Assembly (NCBI GenBank): GCA_036719905.1
Contig: DAIMNW010000002.1
Span: forward strand, 1-35,187
Length of the DNA: 35,187 nt
Reading direction: 5' to 3'
DNA from: Chitinophagales bacterium
Lineage (GTDB): Bacteria > Bacteroidota > Bacteroidia > Chitinophagales > CAIODY01
The notes beneath the pieces were generated by a model. It saw only the letters and a program-made list of their open reading frames with translations. It searched no databases and had not been told where the DNA came from. Position numbers and translations under genes: made by a program. Positions 1-9,717 of this stretch are shown in pieces; within the stretch, counting starts at the first letter, position 1; each line of letters opens with the position of its first letter.

Positions 1-530
1 ATTACTCTCTGCTGGGGTTGATTTTCCCTCAACTCCATCCTATTCATCACTTTATCAAATGCCTTTAACAGCTTGAACAAGGTTATCGAGTGTATTTCGT
101 GCTCGGTATTAAACTCATCACCTATTTCGGACAATTCACGAGTCAAGTTACCACGGGCAATCTGCTGTACCCTTCGCTCTTCCAAAGTCTGCAGTTCAGG
201 CAGGGTTTCTTTGAAACGCTTGTATTCCATCAGCTTCTGTATCAACTCGGCACGTGGATCAATCTCGTTGCCAAACTCATCTTTTTCTTTACGCGGAAGC
301 AGCATTTTAGCCTTAATACGCATGAGCGTAGCGGCAAAGAGTATAAAATCGCTTGCCAGCTCAATATTCATCACCTCCATGTGATGGATGTATTCTAAAA
401 AGTCGGCTGTAATTTTGGTAATAGGAATATCCTGAATCTCCAGTTCGTCTCGTTCAATAAAGAACAAAAGCAGGTCGAAAGGCCCTTCAAACTGAGGCAG
501 TTTTATTTCGTAATTAGTAATTTGACTCAC
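1..530 (-). CDS. scpA: Segregation and condensation protein A (ScpA), C-terminus cut off by the window edge
   Basis: Minus-strand ORF absent from the supplied track because it runs off the left edge. My translation from GTG (complement of 528-530) is VSQITNYEIKLPQFEGPFDLLLFFIERDELEIQDIPITKITADFLEYIHHMEV... The FEGPxDLLLxxI...DI.I N-terminus is the ScpA hallmark. An in-frame TAG (complement of 564-566) bounds the start upstream, and GTG is the first canonical start after it. Confidence 0.85.
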   Translation of the reverse strand, partial: MSQITNYEIKLPQFEGPFDLLLFFIERDELEIQDIPITKITADFLEYIHHMEVMNIELASDFILFAATLMRIKAKMLLPRKEKDEFGNEIDPRAELIQKLMEYKRFKETLPELQTLEERRVQQIARGNLTRELSEIGDEFNTEHEIHSITLFKLLKAFDKVMNRMELRENQPQQRV

Positions 531-607
531 AGTGGCAAAGATAAAATAATGTTGTAACCGAGGCTATAAATTAACGCAAACTCGGCGAATTGGACGGCAA
601 TAGGTGG

Positions 608-805
608 TTAATTTGGGTTTTTCTTAGGTTCTCGTTTGGGCCGCCTCACCAGCTCACCGCCACAATTGGGGCAAATTGTTTTCAAGGCCAGGTAACACTC
701 TTCGCAGTAGGTGCATTCATAGCTGCAAATGAAGGCTAATCCATTGGCAACCAAATCTTTGTTGCATTTCTCACAGTTCTTCTTTAATAGTAAGGCCATG
801 TTCAA
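608..805 (-). CDS. DUF1272-type small cysteine-rich (zinc-ribbon-like) protein
   Basis: 65 aa with CEKC...CSYECTYCEEC...CPNCGGELVRRP. The C-x2-C pairs and the CPNCGGELVRRP ending match my recollection of the DUF1272 family. Confidence 0.7.
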   Translation of the reverse strand: MNMALLLKKNCEKCNKDLVANGLAFICSYECTYCEECYLALKTICPNCGGELVRRPKREPKKNPN

Positions 806-966
806 TAATTATATAAAAGAGGATTTCCATCGGCAAGTTTAAGCTAATTTGTTGTCAGACTAAAGTTAATAATCAACCTATTGTACTTTACCAACTTTAA
901 ATAAAAACGCTCTAACCATTAATTAAGCGTATCTTACACGAAATTTAAACATTAACATTAAAAAAA

Positions 967-1164
967 ATGCAAACAGGTACAGTAAAATTCTTCAACGAAA
1001 CTAAGGGTTTCGGATTTATCACCCCATCGAATGGCGGTGAAGACATTTTTGTTCACAGCAGTGGCTTAACCGGAACTATCTACGAAAAAGATAAGGTGGA
1101 GTACGAAGAGCAAAAAGGCAAAAAAGGAATGAATGCAGTTAACGTAAAAGTTATAAACGACTAA
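967..1164 (+). CDS. Cold-shock domain protein (CspA family)
   Basis: 65 aa, [20 protein letters not shown]...DIFVHSS. It carries the RNP1 (KGFGFI) and RNP2 (DIFVH) motifs typical of CspA-like proteins. Confidence 0.93.
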   Translation: MQTGTVKFFNETKGFGFITPSNGGEDIFVHSSGLTGTIYEKDKVEYEEQKGKKGMNAVNVKVIND

Positions 1165-1185
1165 TCATCGGATTCACAATTTTTT

Positions 1186-1223
1186 AAAAAGACATTTTCT
1201 TCACGGAAAATGTCTTTTTTTAT
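1186..1223 (+). terminator. Rho-independent terminator after csp
   Basis: AAAAAGACATTTTC (1186-1199) pairs perfectly with GAAAATGTCTTTTT (1206-1219) around a 6-nt loop and is followed by a T-run. Confidence 0.75.
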
Positions 1224-1259
1224 TGTCAAAATTTCATTCTACCATTAATTGAATTTTAT

Positions 1260-2930
1260 ATGCCAAACAGATATTTTCTTGCATGTTCTCTCCTTTTGCT
1301 TTCGGTTGTTTTTTGGCCGAACACTATACAAGCACAAACCAAAAACACCCATATAGAATATGAGCAATACGAAAATGGCAAACTGCAACCCGATCGAACG
1401 ATTAGTTTAATTACAGATGGAAGTCTATCAAGCATTGTGAATTCATCCACACCCGAACTGTTTTACATCGATTACAAAAATCGAAAGACCATAAAAACCG
1501 GAGTGCTGGCAGGAAAATCTTTTGCAGTAATTACTTCATTCGACTCACTTCCGAAAATGACATCCACTGCTGAAACCGATACAATACTGGGCTTTGCATG
1601 CAGAAAAATGAAATGCGAATTGTTTTCAAACCGAATTGAACTTTGGGTTTCGGATCAGGTTGGTATAAATGCTTCACCCAGCATTTCATTTATTCCTGAA
1701 AAGGGATTGGTGCTCAAGTATTCGGTCAATGGTTCGCGAATGGTGGTGGCAAAAACGCTCGAAGCTACTCATCAACAAATCACTTTACCGGGAAATGAAT
1801 TTTTAAAAGTGAATGAATCGCAGTATGCAGCCGCTCAAATTAAATCGCGATATACTTCCATCAAAATATTTGACCATGAGAAAATAAACTTTGAAGATTT
1901 AGAAACCGATAAAGTCATCAAGCATCTCGAACTAAATTATCGCTTTTCAAAAGGCAATATTATTTTAAAAACCATCCCACTTCCAAAGGATGCTGCAAAG
2001 GGAAACTGGTTTTTGAAACTGACTGAATGGAGCAATGGCGACGCCTATGACAGAGTGGGTTCCGTGTTTATGATTCCGGCTCAAAAGGAAAAAAGTATTT
2101 ATACAGGAATCATCTCTGGCAAAGTTCAACTTCCGATAGATAGTGATAGAAAAGGCGAAAAATATCAGGGCATCATTTCTCAAGATGATTATGCCCCGGC
2201 TATTGAACTCATGCGCTTTTTTACCCCCTTTGGCGTAGGGGCTTTTAATAAAAAAAGAATTATTGATGGATACCCTTGGGCCGACTCGGCAGTGTATAAA
2301 CAAGATATCACAGCACTAATTCCCTCCAATCAAAATGAAATTACAGTGGGCGTTTATATTGGCAATTATGATAAAGGTGGCCACAAGCTGAGTCTCGAGT
2401 TAGATTTTTATCCTGATAAAGAAATGCCGGCGGCCGAAAAATATATTCAACCCCTGTTTAATACCGTGAATATTTTAGAAGCGGAAGGGCAGAACTACGG
2501 AAAACTTTTCGATACCGACACCCTTAAAGTTGAATTTACTATTCCCGATTCGCTTCAGAACATGAGCTTGCTTTTCACTACCACGGGGCATGGTGGTTGG
2601 GAAAATGGAGATGAGTTTGTGCCCAAGTTGAATCAGGTGTACCTCGATGGCAAAGAAATTTTTCATATAACCCCTTGGCGCACCGATTGTGGAACTTATC
2701 GACTGCTCAATCCTGCATCAGGAAATTTTCCGGATGGATTATCATCCAGCGATTTGAGCCGCTCCAACTGGTGCCCTGGAACTTTGACACCACCATTTAT
2801 TGTTCCAATAGCAGCTCTTGGTAAAGGAAAGCACACCCTGCAAGTTGCCATCAATCAGGGCAAACCCGAAGGTGGCAGTTTTAGTCACTGGTGTGTAAGT
2901 GGAGTGCTTACAGCCACCTACCACAAATAA
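1260..2930 (+). CDS. Secreted protein with a GLPGLI-like N-terminal module fused to PNGase F-like (peptide-N-glycosidase F related) domains
   Basis: Signal peptide MPNRYFLACSLLLLSVVFWPNTIQAQ. The N-terminal part, ILGFACRKMKCELFSNRIELWVSDQVGINASPSISFIPEKGLVLKY, resembles the GLPGLI family core (ILGYxCxKA...AWYTxEIP...GLPGLILE). The C-terminal part has WSNGDAYDRVGSVFM (compare PNGase F CDEWDRYANVYV). It also has TTTGHGGW...CGTYRLLNPASGNF...SRSNWCPGTLTPP (compare PNGase F CSANPINNQSPGNWAPDRAGWCPGMAVPT). Confidence 0.7.
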   Translation: MPNRYFLACSLLLLSVVFWPNTIQAQTKNTHIEYEQYENGKLQPDRTISLITDGSLSSIVNSSTPELFYIDYKNRKTIKTGVLAGKSFAVITSFDSLPKMTSTAETDTILGFACRKMKCELFSNRIELWVSDQVGINASPSISFIPEKGLVLKYSVNGSRMVVAKTLEATHQQITLPGNEFLKVNESQYAAAQIKSRYTSIKIFDHEKINFEDLETDKVIKHLELNYRFSKGNIILKTIPLPKDAAKGNWFLKLTEWSNGDAYDRVGSVFMIPAQKEKSIYTGIISGKVQLPIDSDRKGEKYQGIISQDDYAPAIELMRFFTPFGVGAFNKKRIIDGYPWADSAVYKQDITALIPSNQNEITVGVYIGNYDKGGHKLSLELDFYPDKEMPAAEKYIQPLFNTVNILEAEGQNYGKLFDTDTLKVEFTIPDSLQNMSLLFTTTGHGGWENGDEFVPKLNQVYLDGKEIFHITPWRTDCGTYRLLNPASGNFPDGLSSSDLSRSNWCPGTLTPPFIVPIAALGKGKHTLQVAINQGKPEGGSFSHWCVSGVLTATYHK

Positions 2931-2968
2931 AAAAGCGCCGTGGTAAACCGCGGCGCTTCTTTCGTTTT
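2930..2968. terminator. Bidirectional intrinsic terminator between convergent genes
   Basis: AGCGCCGTGG (2934-2943), loop TAAA, CCGCGGCGCT (2948-2957) give a 10-bp GC-rich stem with one G-U pair. It is flanked by an A-run on the left and TCTTTCGTTTT on the right. Confidence 0.75.
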
Positions 2969-2982
2969 GTGTTTTGAAAAAA

Positions 2983-3342
2983 CTATTTGTGATAAAATTT
3001 TTCGTTCACAATTAAACCATTTTCCCATTTCTGAACAGCCACTTGAGCCATTTTTACAGGGGAAGGAGCACCCTTAAACTGGATTTCCATCCAATGTTCA
3101 ATCATTACCGTGTTGCCATCGGCAGTGGTGGCGAAGCCATCAATTCCCATTCCTAAGAATGATTCCACAGCGCCCATAAAAGCTTCTTCGTGCTTACGGC
3201 AAGCATCTTTGCCGCTGCGTAAGTTGTTTTCGCCTACGTCCTCCATAGAAACGTTTTCAGCATAATACTTTTCAAAAGCATCGAAAAGTTGTCCTTTGCC
3301 AAGCATGGAATAAATGTCTTGGGATCTTTCTAGATTAGTCAT
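2983..3342 (-). CDS. SnoaL-like / NTF2-fold small protein
   Basis: 119 aa and acidic, with no signal peptide. The pattern ...FEKYYAENVSMED...HEEAFMGAVESF...IEHWMEIQFKG...QVAVQKWENGLIVNEKFYH is typical of SnoaL/NTF2-like proteins. Family assignment is from memory only. Confidence 0.5.
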   Translation of the reverse strand: MTNLERSQDIYSMLGKGQLFDAFEKYYAENVSMEDVGENNLRSGKDACRKHEEAFMGAVESFLGMGIDGFATTADGNTVMIEHWMEIQFKGAPSPVKMAQVAVQKWENGLIVNEKFYHK

Positions 3343-3664
3343 ATTCTGTTTTTTAAGTTGTTAAAAATGAACGGCAAAAATGGGGTTAATTCTTCAATTT
3401 ATATGTTGAAACATGTAATCAAATTGTTAAACTGTGCACAGCTCAATCTTAGATTAACTTTTCTAGAATAAATTTTTTGGAAACGGGGTGATTGTTCGAG
3501 TTGAAAGGCTTCCGAATTAATACTTTCCTGCTGCTGATAGTCGATTAAGTACAAGAGAGAAAAGAAAGCAGTTTAAAGTGCCGAAATTATTTCAGATTCC
3601 TAATTGGCAAGTGTTTATTAATTACTCCAACTAAATTTAAGATCGTGGCTTAATTGCATGTTTC

Positions 3665-5533
<1,869 letters not shown>

Positions 5534-5603
5534 TTAGCGTTGATTTTTATCATTAATTAATTTTTGTTTGAGTTATCTCATCAGCAAATTAGAATATTCT
5601 TTT

Positions 5604-5807
5604 TCATCCTCCTTGAGTAGCTTGTATTACAAGTACTTTGTCATTTTCTTTTAAAATTGTTTCACTCCATTCTGATTTAGGAATAACATTATTATTGACG
5701 GCCAATGCATAACCATTGGTGTTTTTTATTTCGAGCAAAGAAAATATCTCTGTTGCCGAAATGTTTGTGTTTACTGTTTGTGCTTCGTTGTTTATTTCTA
5801 TTATCAT
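5604..5807 (-). CDS. thiS: Sulfur carrier protein ThiS
   Basis: 67 aa from the internal Met: MIIEINNEAQTV...VLVIQATQGG. It has a ubiquitin-like size and the C-terminal GG. The track ORF (to 5864) adds 19 unlikely N-terminal residues. Confidence 0.8.
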   Translation of the reverse strand: MIIEINNEAQTVNTNISATEIFSLLEIKNTNGYALAVNNNVIPKSEWSETILKENDKVLVIQATQGG

Positions 5808-5949
5808 TTTAAAATAGCACACGGATTTAACGGATGTAAAGGATAAACATAGATTTTCAATCATAAATGAAACAGAATTTTGTTGGGAAAGAAAGAGCTT
5901 TTATTTCATTAGCAAATTAGCACATCATCACATTAGCTCATTGTCGCCT

Positions 5950-6046
5950 CTTTTCCTTTCGCCAGCATTACCTGTTTCAAGTTCAAAGGGTACCTCTCAG
6001 ACCATTCCATTAGCATATTAGCCCATTGAATGGCCGCCCCTAAAGT
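5950..6046 (-). promoter_or_regulatory. TPP (THI-box) riboswitch upstream of thiS-thiC
   Basis: The minus-strand RNA reads AGGGGCGGCC...GGUCUGAGAGGUACCCUUUGAACUUGAAACAGGUAAUGCUGGCGAAAGGAA. This matches the conserved THI-box elements GGGGxGC, CUGAGA, ACCCUUUGAACCUGA, the UAAUxC hairpin and GCGxAGGGA. Confidence 0.88.
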
Positions 6047-6052
6047 TCGGTG

Positions 6053-6060
6053 CAAAAGTA
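6053..6060 (-). promoter_or_regulatory. Candidate -7 promoter box (TACTTTTG) for the riboswitch-thiSC transcript
   Basis: Exact match to the Bacteroidota TAnnTTTG -7 consensus on the minus strand, a few nt upstream of the first riboswitch nucleotides. No clear -33 TTTG. Confidence 0.4.
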
Positions 6061-6083
6061 ATGGTTAAATGGGAATGGAGTTG

Positions 6084-6091
6084 TATTTTTG
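6084..6091 (+). promoter_or_regulatory. Candidate -7 promoter box (TATTTTTG) for the PSP1/gldH/metF gene string
   Basis: Exact TAnnTTTG on the plus strand about 80 nt upstream of ATG 6172, back to back with the thi box 24 bp away. Confidence 0.35.
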
Positions 6092-6171
6092 ACATTCTGA
6101 ATAAAAACCATTCAATTTAACAATGCACCGATGGGCTTGTAATAGCCTAAAGGTTAAATTATACTTATAAA

Positions 6172-7494
6172 ATGTCGTGTGAATCATGTGGTACCAAGGC
6201 CGGAAAACCCGGAGGATGTAGAAGCAATGGAGGTTGCCAAACCGGTAATTGCAACAGAATGAATACATATGACTGGCTGCAGGACATGCCGTTACCAACC
6301 GGGCAACAGCGCTTTCCCTATGTAGAAGTTTCGTTTAAAAGGGGGCAGCGAAAAGAGTTTTTTAAGAACACGTTGGCTGATTTAATAACAGGCGATATGG
6401 TTTGCGTAGAGGGTGTGAATGGATTTGATATTGGTATGATATCGCTTAGTGGAGAGCTGGTGCGCTTGCAAATGAAAAAGCATAATGTTCATGCCGGCAA
6501 AGTGGAGAAAAGAATCCTCCGCCTAGCCAATGACATGGAATTGAAGCGGATGGACGAGTTACGAGCTAAAGAGAAAGAGAGTCTAATTAAGTCTCGGGCT
6601 ATTGCCAAGACATTAAAGTTGAATATGAAAATAAGTGATGTGGAATATCAAGCTGACGGACGCAAAGCCATATTTTATTACATAGCTGATGGCCGAGTAG
6701 ATTTTCGTGAGCTGATAAAAGTATATGCCAAAGACTTTAATGTGAAGGTGGAAATGAAACAGATAGGCTCCCGTCAGGAGGCTGGCCTGGTAGGTGGCAT
6801 TGGCAGTTGCGGTCGTGAACTTTGCTGTAGCACATGGCTAACTGATTTTAAAAATGTGAACGTGGGTGCCGCTCGGTATCAAAATCTTTCTATTAATCAA
6901 ACCAAATTGAGCGGTCAGTGTGGTCGATTAAAGTGCTGTTTAAATTATGAGCTAGATACCTATCTAGACGCTTTAAAAGAATTTCCAAAACAAGCCGATA
7001 AGATAGTAACCAAGAAAGGAGATGCCTGGCTTCAAAAAACCGATATCTTCAAATTCCTGATGTGGTATGGTTACCATGGCAGCACCAAGCTTTATCCATT
7101 AAGCATTGAAAGAGTAAACGAATTGCTTGCCTTAAATAAAGAAGGGAAACACCCGGAAGATTTGGAAGCATACAAAGAAATATTAGTATTGCCAAAAGCT
7201 GATGAAGTGGCTGATGTAGATTTGGTGGGACAAACTTCATTGAGTAGCCTACGCAAAACAGAGCAGCGAAACAAAAACAAAAATCAAAAACAACGGCCTA
7301 AACAAAAGGGTGCGCAGCAAGAACGAAAAGCGAATCCTAAGCAGCAGCCAGTCGCCGCCAATCCGAATCAACCATCAAGCCCTGCTCAACAAAAAGGCCC
7401 AAACCCGAATCCTAATCAGAAGAGAAAAAATAAAAACAGGAATAGGCCGGGCGGGGGCTCTAGACCAGGAAGCGAACAGAAACCGACCACCTAG
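6172..7494 (+). CDS. PSP1 domain protein (RicT/YaaT-like) with a basic low-complexity C-terminal tail
   Basis: Cys-rich N-terminus (CESCGTKAGKPGGCRSNGGCQTGNC). The PSP1 core includes GSCGRELCCSTWL and GQCGRLKCCLNYE. The last ~80 aa are rich in K/N/Q/P. Confidence 0.8.
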   Translation: MSCESCGTKAGKPGGCRSNGGCQTGNCNRMNTYDWLQDMPLPTGQQRFPYVEVSFKRGQRKEFFKNTLADLITGDMVCVEGVNGFDIGMISLSGELVRLQMKKHNVHAGKVEKRILRLANDMELKRMDELRAKEKESLIKSRAIAKTLKLNMKISDVEYQADGRKAIFYYIADGRVDFRELIKVYAKDFNVKVEMKQIGSRQEAGLVGGIGSCGRELCCSTWLTDFKNVNVGAARYQNLSINQTKLSGQCGRLKCCLNYELDTYLDALKEFPKQADKIVTKKGDAWLQKTDIFKFLMWYGYHGSTKLYPLSIERVNELLALNKEGKHPEDLEAYKEILVLPKADEVADVDLVGQTSLSSLRKTEQRNKNKNQKQRPKQKGAQQERKANPKQQPVAANPNQPSSPAQQKGPNPNPNQKRKNKNRNRPGGGSRPGSEQKPTT

Positions 7495-7535
7495 TTATTA
7501 GTAGTTGACAAAAAGAAATCGCTGCCCTTAAGGAG

Positions 7536-8027
7536 ATGAAAATTAACCGATTAATCCAATTTGCAATTTTACTAACAGGCTTTCTACTGGCAGCTTGTTC
7601 TAAGAACGCTGTTTTTGAAAAGAACGTGGATATAAAAGATTTCAAGTGGGCGTATGAAAATCGACTTTTATTTGAAACCGAAATTGCAGACACGTCCAGC
7701 TCATACAATATCAATATTAATACTCGTCACCTGGACTTATATACCTATCAAAATATTTGGGTAATGGTACACACAACCAACCCTGACGGATCACTCTCTC
7801 ATCAACGGATTGAGGTTGTACTGGCTGATGTTACCGGCAAGTGGTATGGCGAAGGATTGAATGGAATATGGATGACCAGCTCTAGGTATAAGTCAAACTT
7901 TAAATTCAAGCAGCCAGGGCTGTACCGTTTTGAACTAGAACAAAGCATGCGTATAAACCCTTTGCCGGCCATAATGAGTATGGGACTGCGAATAGAAAAA
8001 AACACAAGCAACAACTCTAAAAAATAA
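7536..8027 (+). CDS. gldH: Gliding motility lipoprotein GldH
   Basis: 163 aa with lipoprotein signal ...LLAACS. The pattern C-x-xN-VF...W...YN...R...Y.Y.N....P.G...LA...G...G.G...F...G.Y.F...Q.MR...GLRIEK matches my memory of Flavobacterium GldH. Confidence 0.72.
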   Translation: MKINRLIQFAILLTGFLLAACSKNAVFEKNVDIKDFKWAYENRLLFETEIADTSSSYNININTRHLDLYTYQNIWVMVHTTNPDGSLSHQRIEVVLADVTGKWYGEGLNGIWMTSSRYKSNFKFKQPGLYRFELEQSMRINPLPAIMSMGLRIEKNTSNNSKK

Positions 8028-8046
8028 GCAGAGAAGAACAAGTTAT

Positions 8047-9003
8047 ATGAAAGTTACTGAACATATTGATCGATCGAAAGGGAAAACACAATTATCCTTT
8101 GAAGTACTGCCACCTTTAAAAGGTAAGAGTTTTCAATCTATTTGCGATGTGCTTGACCCATTGATGGAATTTAAACCACCATTTATCAATGTTACCTATC
8201 ATCGAGCTGAAACAGTTTTTAAAAAAGTGGCCGATGGTAAATTTGAAAAAGTAGCTGTACGCAAACGTCCAGGCACAGTAGGTATTTGCGCTTCCATAAT
8301 GAACCGTTATAAAATAGATGCAGTACCGCATCTAATATGTGGTGGATTTACCAAAGAAGAAACGGAGGATGCTTTGATTGACCTTGACTTTTTAGGAGTT
8401 CAAAATGTGCTATGTTTAAGAGGCGATGCTCCACACGGCGAACCTCATTTTATTCCTGAAAAAACCGGACATGCGCATGCAATAGATTTGTTGAAGCAAG
8501 CAGCCGATATGAACCGGGGCATATATCAGCAGGACGATTTGAGAGATGCGTTTAGAACCAATTTTTGCCTTGGGGTTGCCGGCTATCCGGAGAAACATTC
8601 TGAAGCCCCTAATATGAGCGAAGATATAAAGTGGTTGAAAGCCAAGGTTGATGCAGGGGCCGAATTTGTTGTAACCCAAATGTTTTTCGACAATAAAAAA
8701 TACATACAGTTTGTAGAAGATTGTAAGAGTGCAGGTATTAATGTTCCAATTATTCCTGGATTAAAACCCCTCACCACCAAGAAACAACTGACTGTATTGC
8801 CAGGTGTGTTTAGCATTCAACTACCGGATGATTTAGTAAAGGAAGTATTGCGCTGCAAATCAGACGAAGAGGTGTTTAGCGTTGGAGTGGAGTGGTGCAT
8901 TGCCCAATCAAAAGAACTCATGAAATTTGGTGCACCTATACTACATTATTACACCATGAGCAATGCCAAGGCTGCTGTAAAAATTGCCAGCGCCATTTTT
9001 TAA
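8047..9003 (+). CDS. metF: Methylenetetrahydrofolate reductase
   Basis: 318 aa. SFEVLPP, INVTYH, HLICGG, LCLRGD, GVAGYPEKH and FVVTQMFFD are typical MetF blocks. Confidence 0.92.
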   Translation: MKVTEHIDRSKGKTQLSFEVLPPLKGKSFQSICDVLDPLMEFKPPFINVTYHRAETVFKKVADGKFEKVAVRKRPGTVGICASIMNRYKIDAVPHLICGGFTKEETEDALIDLDFLGVQNVLCLRGDAPHGEPHFIPEKTGHAHAIDLLKQAADMNRGIYQQDDLRDAFRTNFCLGVAGYPEKHSEAPNMSEDIKWLKAKVDAGAEFVVTQMFFDNKKYIQFVEDCKSAGINVPIIPGLKPLTTKKQLTVLPGVFSIQLPDDLVKEVLRCKSDEEVFSVGVEWCIAQSKELMKFGAPILHYYTMSNAKAAVKIASAIF

Positions 9004-9014
9004 ATTGATAGTCT

Positions 9015-9713
9015 ATGAATTATCCACCAGTCTGTGCATTTATCCCAATTAAGAAAAACTCGGAAAGAGTTCCAGGTAAAAATGTGCGATTGTTTAATGG
9101 CGCCCCCCTGTATACGCATTTGCTTCAAACCTTGGAGGCAGTTAACGAGATTGACAAGGTCCTCATAAATACCGATAATGAAGAGTTGGCTTCCGAAGCG
9201 ACTAAGCGATTTTCTAAAGTGAAAATTGTGATGCGTTCAGAAAAACTTCGTGCCGAAACCACACAAGGCAATGAGTTGATTGATGGAACCATAAACGAAA
9301 CTCACCACGAACATTTTTTAAAAACACATGTAACCAGCCCACTTCTAAAAGCCGAAACTATTTCGTTGGCCATTAAGCAGTATTTTGAAAATCTGGACAA
9401 ATATGATTCTTTGTTTTCAGTTACAGAGATAAAAGCTCGTTGTTATACCTATGATTTAAAACCCATTAACCATCAACATGCAGTTCAAATGCTGGGTACT
9501 CAGGCTTTGCTCCCCGTGCTTTATGAAAACAGCAGTTTTTTTATTTTCTCAAAAAATAGTTTCTATGGAAACAATAAAAGCAGAATCGGGAAATCACCTT
9601 CCGTGTATACAATGTCACCCATAGAGGCTGTTGATATAGACTATGAGGAGGATTTCATTTTAGCGGAACTTATACATCGAAACAAAAAGTTGTTTCCTGA
9701 AGTATTTCAATAA
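9015..9713 (+). CDS. Acylneuraminate (CMP-sugar) cytidylyltransferase family protein
   Basis: N-terminal AFIPIKKNSERVPGKNVRLFNGAPL is the CTP_transf_3 nucleotide-binding motif (P-x-K-x-S-x-R-x-P-x-KN). 232 aa. Substrate unknown. Confidence 0.65.
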   Translation: MNYPPVCAFIPIKKNSERVPGKNVRLFNGAPLYTHLLQTLEAVNEIDKVLINTDNEELASEATKRFSKVKIVMRSEKLRAETTQGNELIDGTINETHHEHFLKTHVTSPLLKAETISLAIKQYFENLDKYDSLFSVTEIKARCYTYDLKPINHQHAVQMLGTQALLPVLYENSSFFIFSKNSFYGNNKSRIGKSPSVYTMSPIEAVDIDYEEDFILAELIHRNKKLFPEVFQ

Positions 9714-9717
9714 CTGC

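Noticed and set aside
73-398. Two plus-strand track ORFs (73-384 and 90-398, about 100 aa each)
   Set aside because: They lie antisense to a clearly recognisable ScpA reading frame on the minus strand (FEGPFDLLL...). Their translations are low-complexity Ser/Leu/Cys-rich with no motifs, so they are shadow ORFs.
806-966. Search for a promoter and cold-shock 5' UTR elements upstream of csp
   Set aside because: Only partial matches to TAnnTTTG (e.g. CTAATTTG and TATCTTAC) and no exact box, so I cannot place the promoter or the UTR boundaries from sequence alone.
3343-3664. 320-bp non-coding gap between the SnoaL-like gene and thiC, examined for an sRNA, small ORF or repeat
   Set aside because: I could see no convincing hairpin, terminator, -7 box or conserved-looking motif. 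It probably holds the SnoaL-like gene promoter and the thiC 3' region.
5808-5864. N-terminal 19-aa extension of thiS in the track ORF (MIENLCLSFTSVKSVCYFK)
   Set aside because: ThiS proteins are about 66 aa, and the internal Met gives MIIEINNE..., a typical ThiS start. The extension would eat into the riboswitch expression platform.
5907-6028. Direct repeat CATTAGC-A(A/T)ATTAGC at 5907-5921 and 6008-6022, plus a third CATTAGC at 5931-5937, in the thi leader
   Set aside because: One copy sits in the variable P3 loop of the riboswitch and the others in the expression platform. As direct (not inverted) repeats they cannot pair with each other, and I found no complementary GCTAATG partner. It could be coincidence in AT-rich DNA. 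It is worth checking only if conserved in orthologous leaders.
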